Positions 17,823-26,740 of a stretch of 64,000 bases of DNA are shown here, piece by piece. This DNA is from Patescibacteria group bacterium (lineage in GTDB: Bacteria; Patescibacteriota; Microgenomatia; UBA1400; PJMF01): the NCBI GenBank assembly GCA_049322655.1, contig JBMORP010000006.1:192410-256409 (forward strand), written 5' to 3'. The position numbers and the translations under genes were made by a program. Position 1 is the stretch's first letter, and the number at the start of each line of letters is the position of its first letter. The notes below the pieces were generated by a model that was not told the origin of the DNA, ran no database searches, and was given only the letters and a program-made list of their open reading frames with translations.

Positions 17823-18710
17823 ATGGTCATGACGGTCATCAAAAAATATTTATCACTATTAATTGCTGGCTTTATTAACCCTAATAGCTACAAAAAATGG
17901 TTAATTTTGCCAGGAAAAAAAGTCATTGCTTTCTTTATAACTAGCATGCTATTGGTCGGTATGATCAATGGCATTGTTTTCTCAATTAAACATGTTCCAG
18001 AGATCACTGCTAACTACTTAAAAATTCAAAACGAGCTCTTTACTCTCTTTCCAAATGACCTCACTCTTGAATGGGCCAACCAGAACTTAAGCCTGACTCC
18101 TGCTGAAAATTATCAAAGCATTGATCTGAACCTAAAAAACTTGACTAGCTTAGGCGCTAATAATGATCTCTACGTCTACTACCGAACTGAACAACTCACA
18201 GAAGAGGATAAGCAAACTTTAGTTAATCAAGATCAAACTTTATTTTTATTAGCTGATCAGCAACTATCTTTCAAAACCGAAGATGGAGAAATATTTAATC
18301 GTAATCTTGGAGAAATGATCCAAATAGAAGATTTTACTCTAACTAAAAACGACTTACCCTATATCCAAAAAGCCATTGAACAAACTATTAATGACTGGCA
18401 ACCCAAAGTACAATTAGTTATCCCATTATTATTTGCTTTGACCAACTTATTAGCTAATTTCTTGGTTAGTTTTGTTTTTGCTACTTTTTTATGGTTATTA
18501 CTCAAAATTTCACCACTCACTATTCAGAGTTGGCAACAAGCTTGGAGACTAACTTTAGCCGTATTGGTAACTGTTAGTTTTCTAGAACTAATGATTCAAT
18601 TTATTTACCCCAATTTGCTAATTAACATCAGAGAATTGGCCTTTTGGCTAATTACTGGCTATATCTTGCTAAGCTGGAAATTTCCCAAATTTAAAATTAA
18701 GCAAATCTAA
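17823..18710 (+). CDS. Hypothetical polytopic membrane protein
   Basis: TM helices at both ends with central hydrophilic domain. Confidence 0.4.
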   Translation: MVMTVIKKYLSLLIAGFINPNSYKKWLILPGKKVIAFFITSMLLVGMINGIVFSIKHVPEITANYLKIQNELFTLFPNDLTLEWANQNLSLTPAENYQSIDLNLKNLTSLGANNDLYVYYRTEQLTEEDKQTLVNQDQTLFLLADQQLSFKTEDGEIFNRNLGEMIQIEDFTLTKNDLPYIQKAIEQTINDWQPKVQLVIPLLFALTNLLANFLVSFVFATFLWLLLKISPLTIQSWQQAWRLTLAVLVTVSFLELMIQFIYPNLLINIRELAFWLITGYILLSWKFPKFKIKQI

Positions 18711-19078
18711 CGAGCCTCATCAATCCTCAGCTCCATATTCAAAGGTGGAAAAGGATACTTCTCAGTAGTAGGATTGGCTGCTTCTAGTTTATTTTTGGCC
18801 AACTCAAGTTTTTGTTCAATTGGCGTAAGTTCTTGGGCAATAGTCGGTGTTGGAGTAATCTCTGCAGTTTCGTTGGGCTGATTTTTTGGCCTGTTTAAAA
18901 CAGCCAAAACTAAAACCACTATTACAAACACTAACCCACCCAAAATCAAGTAAATATACTTTGGTAACCCTTTTTTGGTTGGCAAAACTGACTCTTCAAT
19001 AATTGGCTTAACCGGTTTTTCTAGAATCGGCTCATCAGTTGCAAATTGAGTTTGATTTTGATTAAAGTTATCTTCCAT
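18707..19078 (-). CDS. Hypothetical single-pass membrane protein (last gene of CAP-domain operon)
   Basis: Central TM helix, Pro/Thr-rich C-terminal tail. Confidence 0.35.
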   Translation of the reverse strand: MEDNFNQNQTQFATDEPILEKPVKPIIEESVLPTKKGLPKYIYLILGGLVFVIVVLVLAVLNRPKNQPNETAEITPTPTIAQELTPIEQKLELAKNKLEAANPTTEKYPFPPLNMELRIDEAR

Positions 19079-19903
19079 TTATATTTCTCTCAGTAATTCT
19101 TCCAAAAATGATACTGTTTTATTTAAGTTAGTGTAAACAGGGTCAAAAGTTTTAACAGAGTTACTAGCAAAACCATCTACCTTATTTTTTTGCACATCTT
19201 CACCCAACTCCACCCAAATCGTTGCTAACTGATTTTTAACCTCAGTTAACAGCCTGTCAGTCTCTTTGGAAGCTCTAGTTCTATCAGCCGTACTAGACTT
19301 GGCTTCAATATCAAAAATATCTTTTCTAACCAAAACTAATCGATCAAAGACATCTTGTAAATTTCCCAAACTTAAAATCATAGTGGCCTGACTAGCTACC
19401 TCTTTAAAATCATCTTCTTTGGTTGTAAATTCATCTGCCAAAGAATTAAATTGAGAACGATCAAGCATTTTTTCAACCCTGTTTTTATGATCTACCAACC
19501 AGCGACCTTCATTTTCAATCCGACTAATCACCAATTCTTTTAAAGATAACTCAATCCCCTCAGCTGCATAAATATTATTTCTTTGTAAATTTAAATAAGT
19601 AATTAAAACCTGATCCCGCAATATAAAAACCTGACGAGCGGCTTCTGTAACTTTATTAATCGAAGCTAGGGTCTGAAGTTGGTGATACTGATCTTTAGCA
19701 ATCACAAATTCTTTTTCAGCATCTCGATATTGAGCTAATTCTCCACGATATGATTCCTTGATTCTTTCAATCTCTGCATCTAGTTTTTGCCTGGCCACCA
19801 CCTCATCATTCCTAACTGGTTCTGGTATTTGTTGAGCAAAAACCGGCACCCAAGCACTAGTTAAAAAACCAACCAAAGTAATAATTAAAAAATTTTTTTT
19901 CAT
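19079..19903 (-). CDS. Secreted coiled-coil protein
   Basis: Signal peptide, then heptad-like charged repeats; abuts neighbouring genes with 0-4 nt gaps. Confidence 0.4.
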   Translation of the reverse strand: MKKNFLIITLVGFLTSAWVPVFAQQIPEPVRNDEVVARQKLDAEIERIKESYRGELAQYRDAEKEFVIAKDQYHQLQTLASINKVTEAARQVFILRDQVLITYLNLQRNNIYAAEGIELSLKELVISRIENEGRWLVDHKNRVEKMLDRSQFNSLADEFTTKEDDFKEVASQATMILSLGNLQDVFDRLVLVRKDIFDIEAKSSTADRTRASKETDRLLTEVKNQLATIWVELGEDVQKNKVDGFASNSVKTFDPVYTNLNKTVSFLEELLREI

Positions 19904-19907
19904 AAGC

Positions 19908-20165
19908 TTACAAGGTCACCAAAAATAATAACACTCCAATTAATAATGAAACAGCCAGATATTCCATAAAGACCTGCTGGTTAAGTCTTCTAGACTTAAC
20001 ATGAGTTAGTAGTCCCCAAATGAAATAAAAAAATGAAAAACCAATAATCAAGCTACGTTGATAGGTTCTATTGGGCCAAACAGCAAAAAATCCTAGGCTG
20101 AAACTCAGCAAAGCTACCAGCAACAAACCATAAGCTAATTTGTGTTTTAAAATCTCTCGATGCAT
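19908..20165 (-). CDS. Small two-TM membrane protein
   Basis: 85 aa, hydrophobic. Confidence 0.3.
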   Translation of the reverse strand: MHREILKHKLAYGLLLVALLSFSLGFFAVWPNRTYQRSLIIGFSFFYFIWGLLTHVKSRRLNQQVFMEYLAVSLLIGVLLFLVTL

Positions 20166-20167
20166 AT

Positions 20168-21154
20168 TTAGTTAACCATTCCTCCTTTGAAAAAAATCAA
20201 CATGAAAGCAACCGCACTAAAAACCATTAGGTGACCAATATTTTTACTAACCAGATGAACTGTTTTGTTATTACCAACCACAAAAGTATCATAAACTAAA
20301 GTCATTACTACCAAAATTATCACTGCCAAAAAGAAAGCCTTAGTTAATTGAAGCGGAGTAAGTAAAACAGAATCTCTAAAAGTCATAGGGGAAATAACCT
20401 GACCAGCCAAACCATCTTCATCTGACAAAACTTGAACATCAGTTACATTTTCAGCGACAGCTGCATCAACCAATAATTCTTCCTTTGGTTCTGTCAATGG
20501 GGTTTTAGTACTTTGATCAGTGATCGTTGTCTGTGGCTTTATCCCAGGAGCACCAAACATCTGCACTACCAAGGTCGTCTCAAAACCATTGAGTCTGCCA
20601 TCAATCACGGCGATACCAATTTCTTGAAACTTGGGGTTTAATAAGTTTGCTCGGTGAGTTGGAGAAGCCATCCAAGCCACCACCATGTCACTAGTATTCA
20701 TAAAATCACGAGCCAAATTTTCTCCTGCTACCTTATATTTATAACCAGCCTGTTCAATAAAATACCATGGCTCAGTGCCATCTGGAGCAGTATGAGACCA
20801 ATACTGATCTGTAAACATATCTTGGCCCTTAGCCAAAGCTGCTTCAGATAACTCATCACTTAAAGTTAGCCCACTCAAACCTTGTTCTGCTCTTTTTTCA
20901 TTAGTTTGTAAGATCACCTGCTCTGGAGTGATATTGGAAGCATAACCAAGAATAGTTTGTTCAAAACCTGGAAAAAACTGAATGACTTTTAACAGAGCAA
21001 AGGAGGCTAAAACAATCAAAGAAAAGAAAAAAATGGCCTCTGGATGAAGTATTTTAGGACGATGGTCATTTTTGCTGGAAGGATGAAAAAGATGTTTCAT
21101 TGTATCTTTAATACCACCCTTCACAATTCTTGATTTGCGCTTATTCCGTGGCAT
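20168..21154 (-). CDS. CAP/SCP (YkwD-like) domain protein, membrane-anchored at both ends
   Basis: CAP core ...GENLARDF...AWMASPTHRANLLNPKFQEIGIAV; N- and C-terminal TM helices. Confidence 0.7.
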   Translation of the reverse strand: MPRNKRKSRIVKGGIKDTMKHLFHPSSKNDHRPKILHPEAIFFFSLIVLASFALLKVIQFFPGFEQTILGYASNITPEQVILQTNEKRAEQGLSGLTLSDELSEAALAKGQDMFTDQYWSHTAPDGTEPWYFIEQAGYKYKVAGENLARDFMNTSDMVVAWMASPTHRANLLNPKFQEIGIAVIDGRLNGFETTLVVQMFGAPGIKPQTTITDQSTKTPLTEPKEELLVDAAVAENVTDVQVLSDEDGLAGQVISPMTFRDSVLLTPLQLTKAFFLAVIILVVMTLVYDTFVVGNNKTVHLVSKNIGHLMVFSAVAFMLIFFKGGMVN

Positions 21155-21175
21155 GTACAGTGAATATTATGCACT

Positions 21176-21205
21176 AAAAAGCTCTCTTCCGACAAGAGAG
21201 CTTTT
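21176..21205 (-). terminator. Intrinsic terminator between TasA-like gene and CAP operon
   Basis: AAAAAGCTCTCTT-loop-AAGAGAGCTTTT; T-run on minus strand. Confidence 0.5.
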
Positions 21206-21224
21206 ATCAATAAATTTTAACAAA

Positions 21225-21803
21225 CTAAATCTGATCTAAATGAAAAGTAAGATCCAGATCAAAAGCATCACCCATCGCCTCAGAGCCACAGTTATCTGTT
21301 CGTAGTTGGAGATTCATTCTCGCCCCACCATCAACCAAAGTATCGATTGACGTCAAACCATAATCAACCTGACCAATTTGAGCTACCTGAGTAAATGGTA
21401 AGGCTAAAACTTCTGTGCCCATGTTGTCATCAAAAATCAGTTGAATCTCAGCACAATCATCCAACTCACCTTCACCTAAAACATCTGTTTCTCCCTCTGG
21501 ATTATCCAACTCTAAACTATTAGAAGTAGCTACTTCTAACCAAAAATTACCACCGATACCACTACTATCCTTAGCCACCTCTACCCAAAGCTGATGAATT
21601 TCTCCTGGAGTAACATTATTAAAGCTAAAAGCCAAAGTACTTGGATCAGTGTCACCCACTCGTAAGTTAATACTGGCACCTTTCACTGTATTACCAAAAC
21701 TAGTCTCAGTATCTTGTAATAAAGCTTTGGTCACTTTCACTGAAGTTAAACCCAAAGCTGTAGCTAATAATAAGGCGAAAAAAATTCTTTTAATCTTGTT
21801 CAT
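21225..21803 (-). CDS. Secreted TasA/camelysin-like protein with SipW-cognate-type N-terminal region
   Basis: Signal peptide followed by ALLQDTETSFGNTVKGASINL, resembling the A-F-N-D...ATFASGTLDL region of TasA-family proteins. Confidence 0.45.
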   Translation of the reverse strand: MNKIKRIFFALLLATALGLTSVKVTKALLQDTETSFGNTVKGASINLRVGDTDPSTLAFSFNNVTPGEIHQLWVEVAKDSSGIGGNFWLEVATSNSLELDNPEGETDVLGEGELDDCAEIQLIFDDNMGTEVLALPFTQVAQIGQVDYGLTSIDTLVDGGARMNLQLRTDNCGSEAMGDAFDLDLTFHLDQI

Positions 21804-22611
21804 TTTTTTCCTTTCTAAGTTTTAAATTACTAAACCAAGCTGACACTAAAATTAATAATGGCAAAGAAATTAAAAAAACAAATAAACCAACTAAATAAGG
21901 AAAGTAATCAGACAACCACAACCAAAAGCTTGAATGAGTCGTCTGATCATCAGTCACCCCTAAAGCTTGCCCCGTTGTTACCATTGGCTCGTTCCAATTA
22001 TAAACAGCCGGACTTGGGTAACTAAATGTTGGTCTGGGAGAAGGTAAAACCAAAGTAGAAGCAATTTCTTTAGTGGGCTGAACTAAACGAGTAAATAAAC
22101 CTAATTCTTCAATCGTGATTGTCGTTGGCGCTGTTAAATCTCCCATTTGACCAAAATATAAAGAAATCTTCTCTCCAGCTGGTAGTAAAAAATATCTCTT
22201 TTGTAGCTGACCACATAAAGCCAAATCTTCTTCAAGAGCAATTAGTTCTTCACCAATAAAAATCACTAGATAAGGCTGATCAAATCCCACCAAAGTTTCG
22301 ACCGTTTCACAATTAAAAGAAAACTGAAATAAAAATTCTTCTTTAACTGAAAAATTTAACTCCAAACCATGCCCTACCAAAAAATCACTTTGATTAATTT
22401 CTGTAACGACATAACTAATTGGTTGACTAAACTCTGCTGGCATAACTGACAAACGATAAGCAACGTTGACTGTTCCAAATTCCCACAACCCATCCAAATC
22501 ACTATTAAAAACTTTACTGCTAGGGTTAAAAACCTGAGCAAAAATAAAATTAGGAAAAATAGCAAAAAATAAATAACAATTTAAAAAAATTAGCAAAAAC
22601 CGTTTCACCAA
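21790..22611 (-). CDS. Secreted protein with C-terminal TM anchor and basic tail (co-operonic, 14-nt overlap with TasA-like gene)
   Basis: Signal peptide; C-terminal hydrophobic helix + KLRKEKNEQD. Confidence 0.4.
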   Translation of the reverse strand: MVKRFLLIFLNCYLFFAIFPNFIFAQVFNPSSKVFNSDLDGLWEFGTVNVAYRLSVMPAEFSQPISYVVTEINQSDFLVGHGLELNFSVKEEFLFQFSFNCETVETLVGFDQPYLVIFIGEELIALEEDLALCGQLQKRYFLLPAGEKISLYFGQMGDLTAPTTITIEELGLFTRLVQPTKEIASTLVLPSPRPTFSYPSPAVYNWNEPMVTTGQALGVTDDQTTHSSFWLWLSDYFPYLVGLFVFLISLPLLILVSAWFSNLKLRKEKNEQD

Positions 22612-22663
22612 CCAAGTTTCTCACTATTCACTGACAGGAATTGTTTCCCCAAGAAAAAAATCG

Positions 22664-22669
22664 TATAAT
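22664..22669 (+). promoter_or_regulatory. Candidate -10 box (TATAAT) for tRNA-Glu, with weak -35 TTGTTT 17 nt upstream
   Basis: Read directly; about 15 nt upstream of tRNA 5' end. Confidence 0.35.
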
Positions 22670-22684
22670 ACCAATCTTACCACC

Positions 22685-22756
22685 GGCCCCATCGTCTAGT
22701 GGTTAGGACACTAGGTTCTCATCCTGGTAACTGGAGTTCGATTCTCCATGGGGTCA
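22685..22756 (+). tRNA. tRNA-Glu (anticodon CUC), no encoded CCA
   Basis: Acceptor GGCCCCA/TGGGGTC (one G-U), D arm GTCT...GGAC, anticodon stem CTAGG/CCTGG with loop TTCTCAT, T arm TGGAG-TTCGATT-CTCCA, discriminator A. Confidence 0.8.
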
Positions 22757-22762
22757 CATGAT

Positions 22763-22797
22763 AAAAAAACACGCTTATAAGCGTGTTTTTTTATTAT
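22763..22797 (+). terminator. Intrinsic terminator immediately after tRNA-Glu
   Basis: AAACACGC-TTATAA-GCGTGTTT followed by TTTTTTT. Confidence 0.7.
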
Positions 22798-22886
22798 TTG
22801 AATTCATATTGTGAATAGAACTTTTGCGACAGCAACGGTTCACCGCCAAGTAGCGAAAGCTACCTGGGTAATGCAGTGAGCGAAGC

Positions 22887-22912
22887 GAGTCGTGGATTCT
22901 CCATGGGTTGCA
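22887..22912 (+). other. tRNA-Glu 3'-end-like fragment (GAGTCGTGGATTCTCCATGGGTTGC vs GGAGTTCGATTCTCCATGGGGTCA)
   Basis: 12-nt identical core ATTCTCCATGGG plus flanking similarity, ~135 nt downstream of the intact gene. Confidence 0.4.
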
Positions 22913-23203
22913 ACAGACTCTTACAACAAAAACATTTATTTTGTGTTGATTGCCATTGAAGAAATTGTAGAAATGTTATTGTCGTTTGCACTAATTCTAG
23001 TCGATAGTAAAATCCTCAGCAAATATTCGTAAAAAAAATGTCCTATAATACTTGACTTTGTGACTTTTTTTAAATATAATTCAGGGTGGAAAGTTGTTTC
23101 AAAAACTAAATTTGTAATCTAAGAGCAACAACGATCACAAATTTGGCCAACAAATCAACTTTCCGGCACATCTAAAATCTTTATGAAAGGAGGGCTTACC
23201 ATC

Positions 23204-23488
23204 ATGGAAGCCTCTCAAATTCTCTCCCTCGGCGTCTCTGCCTTTTTCATCGTTATCGGAGGAATTACGCTTGCAATCCCCCTGAAACCAGATGAAGTTG
23301 AAAGAAAAAAGACACGACGATATATCGCATCTATTTCTTGCGCTATTGCTGGCGCCACCGCCGCGTTTTCTTTTCCCCAAAACTGGAAACTGGCGGCAAT
23401 AATTGCCCTGATTATCATTCTGGTGATTGATTTCACCATCGAGTGGTATGGCATGTTAGAACGTGTTAGGGAGGCAAATGAAAAATAA
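23204..23488 (+). CDS. Small three-TM membrane protein encoded by locally GC-rich DNA
   Basis: RBS AAGGAGGG 8 nt upstream of ATG 23204 (track start 23183 includes the RBS); three hydrophobic helices; visibly higher GC than surroundings. Confidence 0.45.
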   Translation: MEASQILSLGVSAFFIVIGGITLAIPLKPDEVERKKTRRYIASISCAIAGATAAFSFPQNWKLAAIIALIIILVIDFTIEWYGMLERVREANEK

Positions 23489-23494
23489 TGTGTC

Positions 23495-23522
23495 TGAGCC
23501 TCAGGTTAAAACCTGAGGCTCA
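23495..23522. repeat. 12-bp perfect inverted repeat TGAGCCTCAGGT-loop-ACCTGAGGCTCA
   Basis: Read directly; GC-rich in AT-rich context; no clear U-tract. Confidence 0.6.
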
Positions 23523-23547
23523 TTCGTTAAAATGTTGTAATAACCAC

Positions 23548-23790
23548 ATGGGTGAAAAATTACAAAGAGCAATAGCCAGAGATAATTCCATGGCTGCAGA
23601 TATTAGAGCCAGGCAAAATGATGTTGCCAAAGCCTCCAAACATGGTAAGCCAACTACTGAACAGTCCTCTGGTATTACTGATCAAAATGTCGATAATTTT
23701 ATTAAAGAAGCTAAAAAAAATGGTTTAGATCTACTAGCAATCGCAACGTCAGTGACTGCAGAAAAAGAAGCCGAAACAGAAGAAGATTAG
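23548..23790 (+). CDS. Small hydrophilic protein (80 aa) downstream of palindrome; start uncertain
   Basis: Track ORF 23488..23790 reads through the palindrome; internal ATG 23548 chosen; no SD, so low confidence. Confidence 0.25.
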   Translation: MGEKLQRAIARDNSMAADIRARQNDVAKASKHGKPTTEQSSGITDQNVDNFIKEAKKNGLDLLAIATSVTAEKEAETEED

Positions 23791-23814
23791 CAAAACTGCT
23801 ACAATGTTTTCTAA

Positions 23815-25581
23815 ATGATTCAAGTGATACTACTGATAGTTTTTTTATTTTTAACCATAGTTTCTGGCCTAGCTTTTTTTCAAACAGAAAAATTAACCAC
23901 CAATAAATTAGTTATTGCGTTTATTATTGGTCCACCAGTCATTGCATTTAGTGTTTTTCTCTTAGCTTTTATCCTGCCATTAAAACCACTTTATTTATTT
24001 TTAGTTATTTTCGCCAGCCTATTATTTTATTGGCGAAAAAATATTAATAATTTAAAATTAAAAAAAATAAAATTCAACTGGGTAGTGTTGGGATCATTAT
24101 TAATTAGTCTATTGACCATCACTTTTTACTCTTATCAACAAAGCTATAACCCTAATACAGGCTTAACCTTTTTCCATGTGGCTAATGCCCATGACTCGCT
24201 TTGGCATGCGGCTTTACAAAATAGTTTGCAAGCAAATATTCCCCCAGAAAATCCTGTTTTTTCAGGTACACAAGTAAAAGGTTATCATTATTTCACTGAT
24301 ATATATTTTGCCTTAATTAGCAACTTTACGACTATCAGCACTCTACACTTAGCAATTTTTTACATTCCCCTAATCATTGGCAGTGGTTTTGTTTTGTCCA
24401 ATTATTTATTGGCAAAAACTATTTTTAACAAGTCACTCCCTATTTCACTAGCTACTATTTTACTTAGCACCTACTCAGCTCAACCTCAGTTGTTAGCTTG
24501 GTTATTTCCTAATGCAAGTATTCATCCTAGTATGTTTTGGTTAGACCAACCAGCTACTTACTTGATCAATCCACAGTTGGTGTTATCTGTTTCTATTTTA
24601 AATGTTCTAATTTATTTTTTTCTAAAAAAGAAAGATTATTCTGTAAAAGAAATTTATTTATTGGCTGCTCTGGTAGGAATTAAGATTTATTCAATTTTAA
24701 TTATTTTGCCAAGTTTTTTATTAAACCTTTGGCAAAATAAAAATCAAACAAAAAAAATTGGGTTACCGATTATCACTATTTTACTGCTGCTTATTACTGC
24801 CTTAATGATTGGTAGTAATAGCAAACAAATACCTTTTTTTATTAGCCCTGGTTGGTTTATTCAACAAATGTTCACAGCTCAAGATCGTCTTAACTTCGAT
24901 ACTTGGGAATTACAAAGACAACATTATCTTCAATTTGGTTCCATTCTTCATCTAGTTAAACACTGGGGCTATGGACTAATAATTTTTTTGATGGGGAATT
25001 TTGGTTTAATTTTATTACCTTTTATGTTCGCAGTTTTCAAAAACTCAAAAAAATATAATTTATTATTGTTACCAATAATTTTAGTAAGTATTGCTTTTCC
25101 ACTAATTTTTTTACAATCAGGAGTCGTTTGGAATACTATTCAAGTTTTAACTTATGCCAGAATTCCTCTTATCATATCCGTATTATTATGGTTAAAAAAT
25201 CAACCAAAATTAACAATTAAATTACTGGTTAGCTTAGTTATTTTAAGCTTGCCATCAATTTTGCTAACTTATCAATCAGTTAATAATGAAAAACTTTATG
25301 TGAACTATTCAGCCAAATTAATTGCCAGTATCAAAAAAATCCCAGTCGAAAATAAAACCTATCTGCTAACAGATCAGAAATTAAATGACTCAGCTTTGAT
25401 CCCTGCGGTTAGTAAACTTAAGCTTTATGCGGCAGATAGTACTGTAATCACTATTCTAAACCTAACCGAAAAAGATAGGTTAGAACAAGCAGATCCTAAA
25501 AATTGTCCAAAAGATTTTGTCTACTTAAACTTCAAAAATGACCAAATTTTAGTTAGTTGGTGTGAAGAGAATAGTTATTAA
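23815..25581 (+). CDS. Large polytopic membrane protein (>=12 TM), possible GT-C-type glycosyltransferase/polymerase
   Basis: 588 aa, hydrophobic throughout with C-terminal ~90-aa soluble domain; no definitive motif. Confidence 0.35.
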   Translation: MIQVILLIVFLFLTIVSGLAFFQTEKLTTNKLVIAFIIGPPVIAFSVFLLAFILPLKPLYLFLVIFASLLFYWRKNINNLKLKKIKFNWVVLGSLLISLLTITFYSYQQSYNPNTGLTFFHVANAHDSLWHAALQNSLQANIPPENPVFSGTQVKGYHYFTDIYFALISNFTTISTLHLAIFYIPLIIGSGFVLSNYLLAKTIFNKSLPISLATILLSTYSAQPQLLAWLFPNASIHPSMFWLDQPATYLINPQLVLSVSILNVLIYFFLKKKDYSVKEIYLLAALVGIKIYSILIILPSFLLNLWQNKNQTKKIGLPIITILLLLITALMIGSNSKQIPFFISPGWFIQQMFTAQDRLNFDTWELQRQHYLQFGSILHLVKHWGYGLIIFLMGNFGLILLPFMFAVFKNSKKYNLLLLPIILVSIAFPLIFLQSGVVWNTIQVLTYARIPLIISVLLWLKNQPKLTIKLLVSLVILSLPSILLTYQSVNNEKLYVNYSAKLIASIKKIPVENKTYLLTDQKLNDSALIPAVSKLKLYAADSTVITILNLTEKDRLEQADPKNCPKDFVYLNFKNDQILVSWCEENSY

Positions 25582-25582
25582 A

Positions 25583-26047
25583 CTACCAATTTTTATACTT
25601 AGTTTCTAAAATCTCTACCAAATATTTATTAATTAATTTCATATCTGCCATTGTTAACGGCTCAAAATCATCATAAAAACCAGAGCTTCTATCTGGCAGA
25701 TACACAGCTTCCGGAAATTTTTGTTTGACCGCATTTTTGGAACGACCGAAAATATGTAAGTGTAAAACTGGTCTTTCTCCTCTTTTAAAGGCCCAATTAC
25801 CTAAATCTTCATAATTGATTTTCACTACTGGAACTCCTAACTCATTCATCGCTAACTCTAAAGCTTCTCCAGCTGCAGCACTTAGTTTCATAAACTCAAG
25901 AGCTTGGTCTTTAGTTAGTTCTCTTCTTTCAGAAATACTATGATCTTTAGGAAAAATTCTAAGATGACCACCTTCAGTTCGATCAACAAATGGTTGAGGA
26001 TGACGTTCTACAGTGAAGTGTTGTCCTGAAAAAATTAAATCTGACAT
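25583..26047 (-). CDS. HIT-like (histidine triad-like) protein
   Basis: VLHLHIFGR resembles a partial HIT motif; 154 aa. Confidence 0.4.
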   Translation of the reverse strand: MSDLIFSGQHFTVERHPQPFVDRTEGGHLRIFPKDHSISERRELTKDQALEFMKLSAAAGEALELAMNELGVPVVKINYEDLGNWAFKRGERPVLHLHIFGRSKNAVKQKFPEAVYLPDRSSGFYDDFEPLTMADMKLINKYLVEILETKYKNW

Positions 26048-26098
26048 AATCTTAAATTATAACTTAAAAAATACCTTTATCAGTGCTATTCTTATTTT

Positions 26099-26740
26099 TT
26101 GATGAACTATGCAAAAAAAGTAGCCCAAGCTCTATTGGATATCAAAGCAGTTGGCTTTAGTACCTCCACCCCTATTAAGTTTAAATCAGGGATCTTGTCA
26201 CCCGTTTACCTAGACAACAGGATCTTCCCAGCCAATATTAAACAGTGGCGAACAGTAATTAACGGCTTTAAAAAAATAATTGAAGAAAAAAACTTAAAAT
26301 TTGAAGTTATTGCTGGCATCGAATCTGCTGGCATTCCTCATAGCGCTGCTTTGGGGTTTCATTTACAAAAACCATCAATATTTATCCGTAAAGCTGTTAA
26401 AGATCACGGCACTAAAAAAAGCATTGAGGGAGGAACTGTAAAAAATAAAAAAGTGTTATTGATTGAGGACCATATTACTACTGGTTATTCTAGCCTCAGA
26501 GGAGTCACTGCTGTAAAACAGGAACTAGGTAAAATTAGTGATTGTTTGGCAATTACTAGTTATGGTTTTAAAGAAGCAGAGCTCGCTTTTGAACAAGCAA
26601 ATGTTAAACTCCATACCCTAACTACTTTTGATTATATTTTAGCCGAGGCTCTAAAAAGAAAGTTACTTACTATTAATCAAGTAGCCATCGTGAACGATTG
26701 GTTAACAGACCCTCATGCTTGGACCAAAAAACATGCCTGA
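26099..26740 (+). CDS. pyrE: Orotate phosphoribosyltransferase
   Basis: PRPP-binding motif VLLIEDHITTGYS. Confidence 0.8.
   Translation: MMNYAKKVAQALLDIKAVGFSTSTPIKFKSGILSPVYLDNRIFPANIKQWRTVINGFKKIIEEKNLKFEVIAGIESAGIPHSAALGFHLQKPSIFIRKAVKDHGTKKSIEGGTVKNKKVLLIEDHITTGYSSLRGVTAVKQELGKISDCLAITSYGFKEAELAFEQANVKLHTLTTFDYILAEALKRKLLTINQVAIVNDWLTDPHAWTKKHA

Noticed and set aside
22640-23055. Duplicated tRNA-Glu promoter at 23030-23055
   Set aside because: The similarity is limited to an A-run plus TATAATAC and could be chance in AT-rich DNA. It is kept only as a low-confidence -10 element.
22800-23180. RNase P RNA, SRP RNA or tmRNA downstream of tRNA-Glu
   Set aside because: There are short coincidental matches (CAGTGAGCGA, ACAGA). 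The conserved P4/CR-I, SRP domain-IV and tmRNA tRNA-like ends are absent, and the segment is too short.
23183-23203. ATG 23183 as start of the small membrane protein
   Set aside because: The Shine-Dalgarno AAGGAGGG lies inside this extension. ATG 23204 is correctly spaced from it.
22685-23800. Intact integrative or mobile element at tRNA-Glu
   Set aside because: Only a short tRNA 3'-like fragment and a GC-rich small gene. There is no integrase, recombinase or transposase ORF anywhere in the window.
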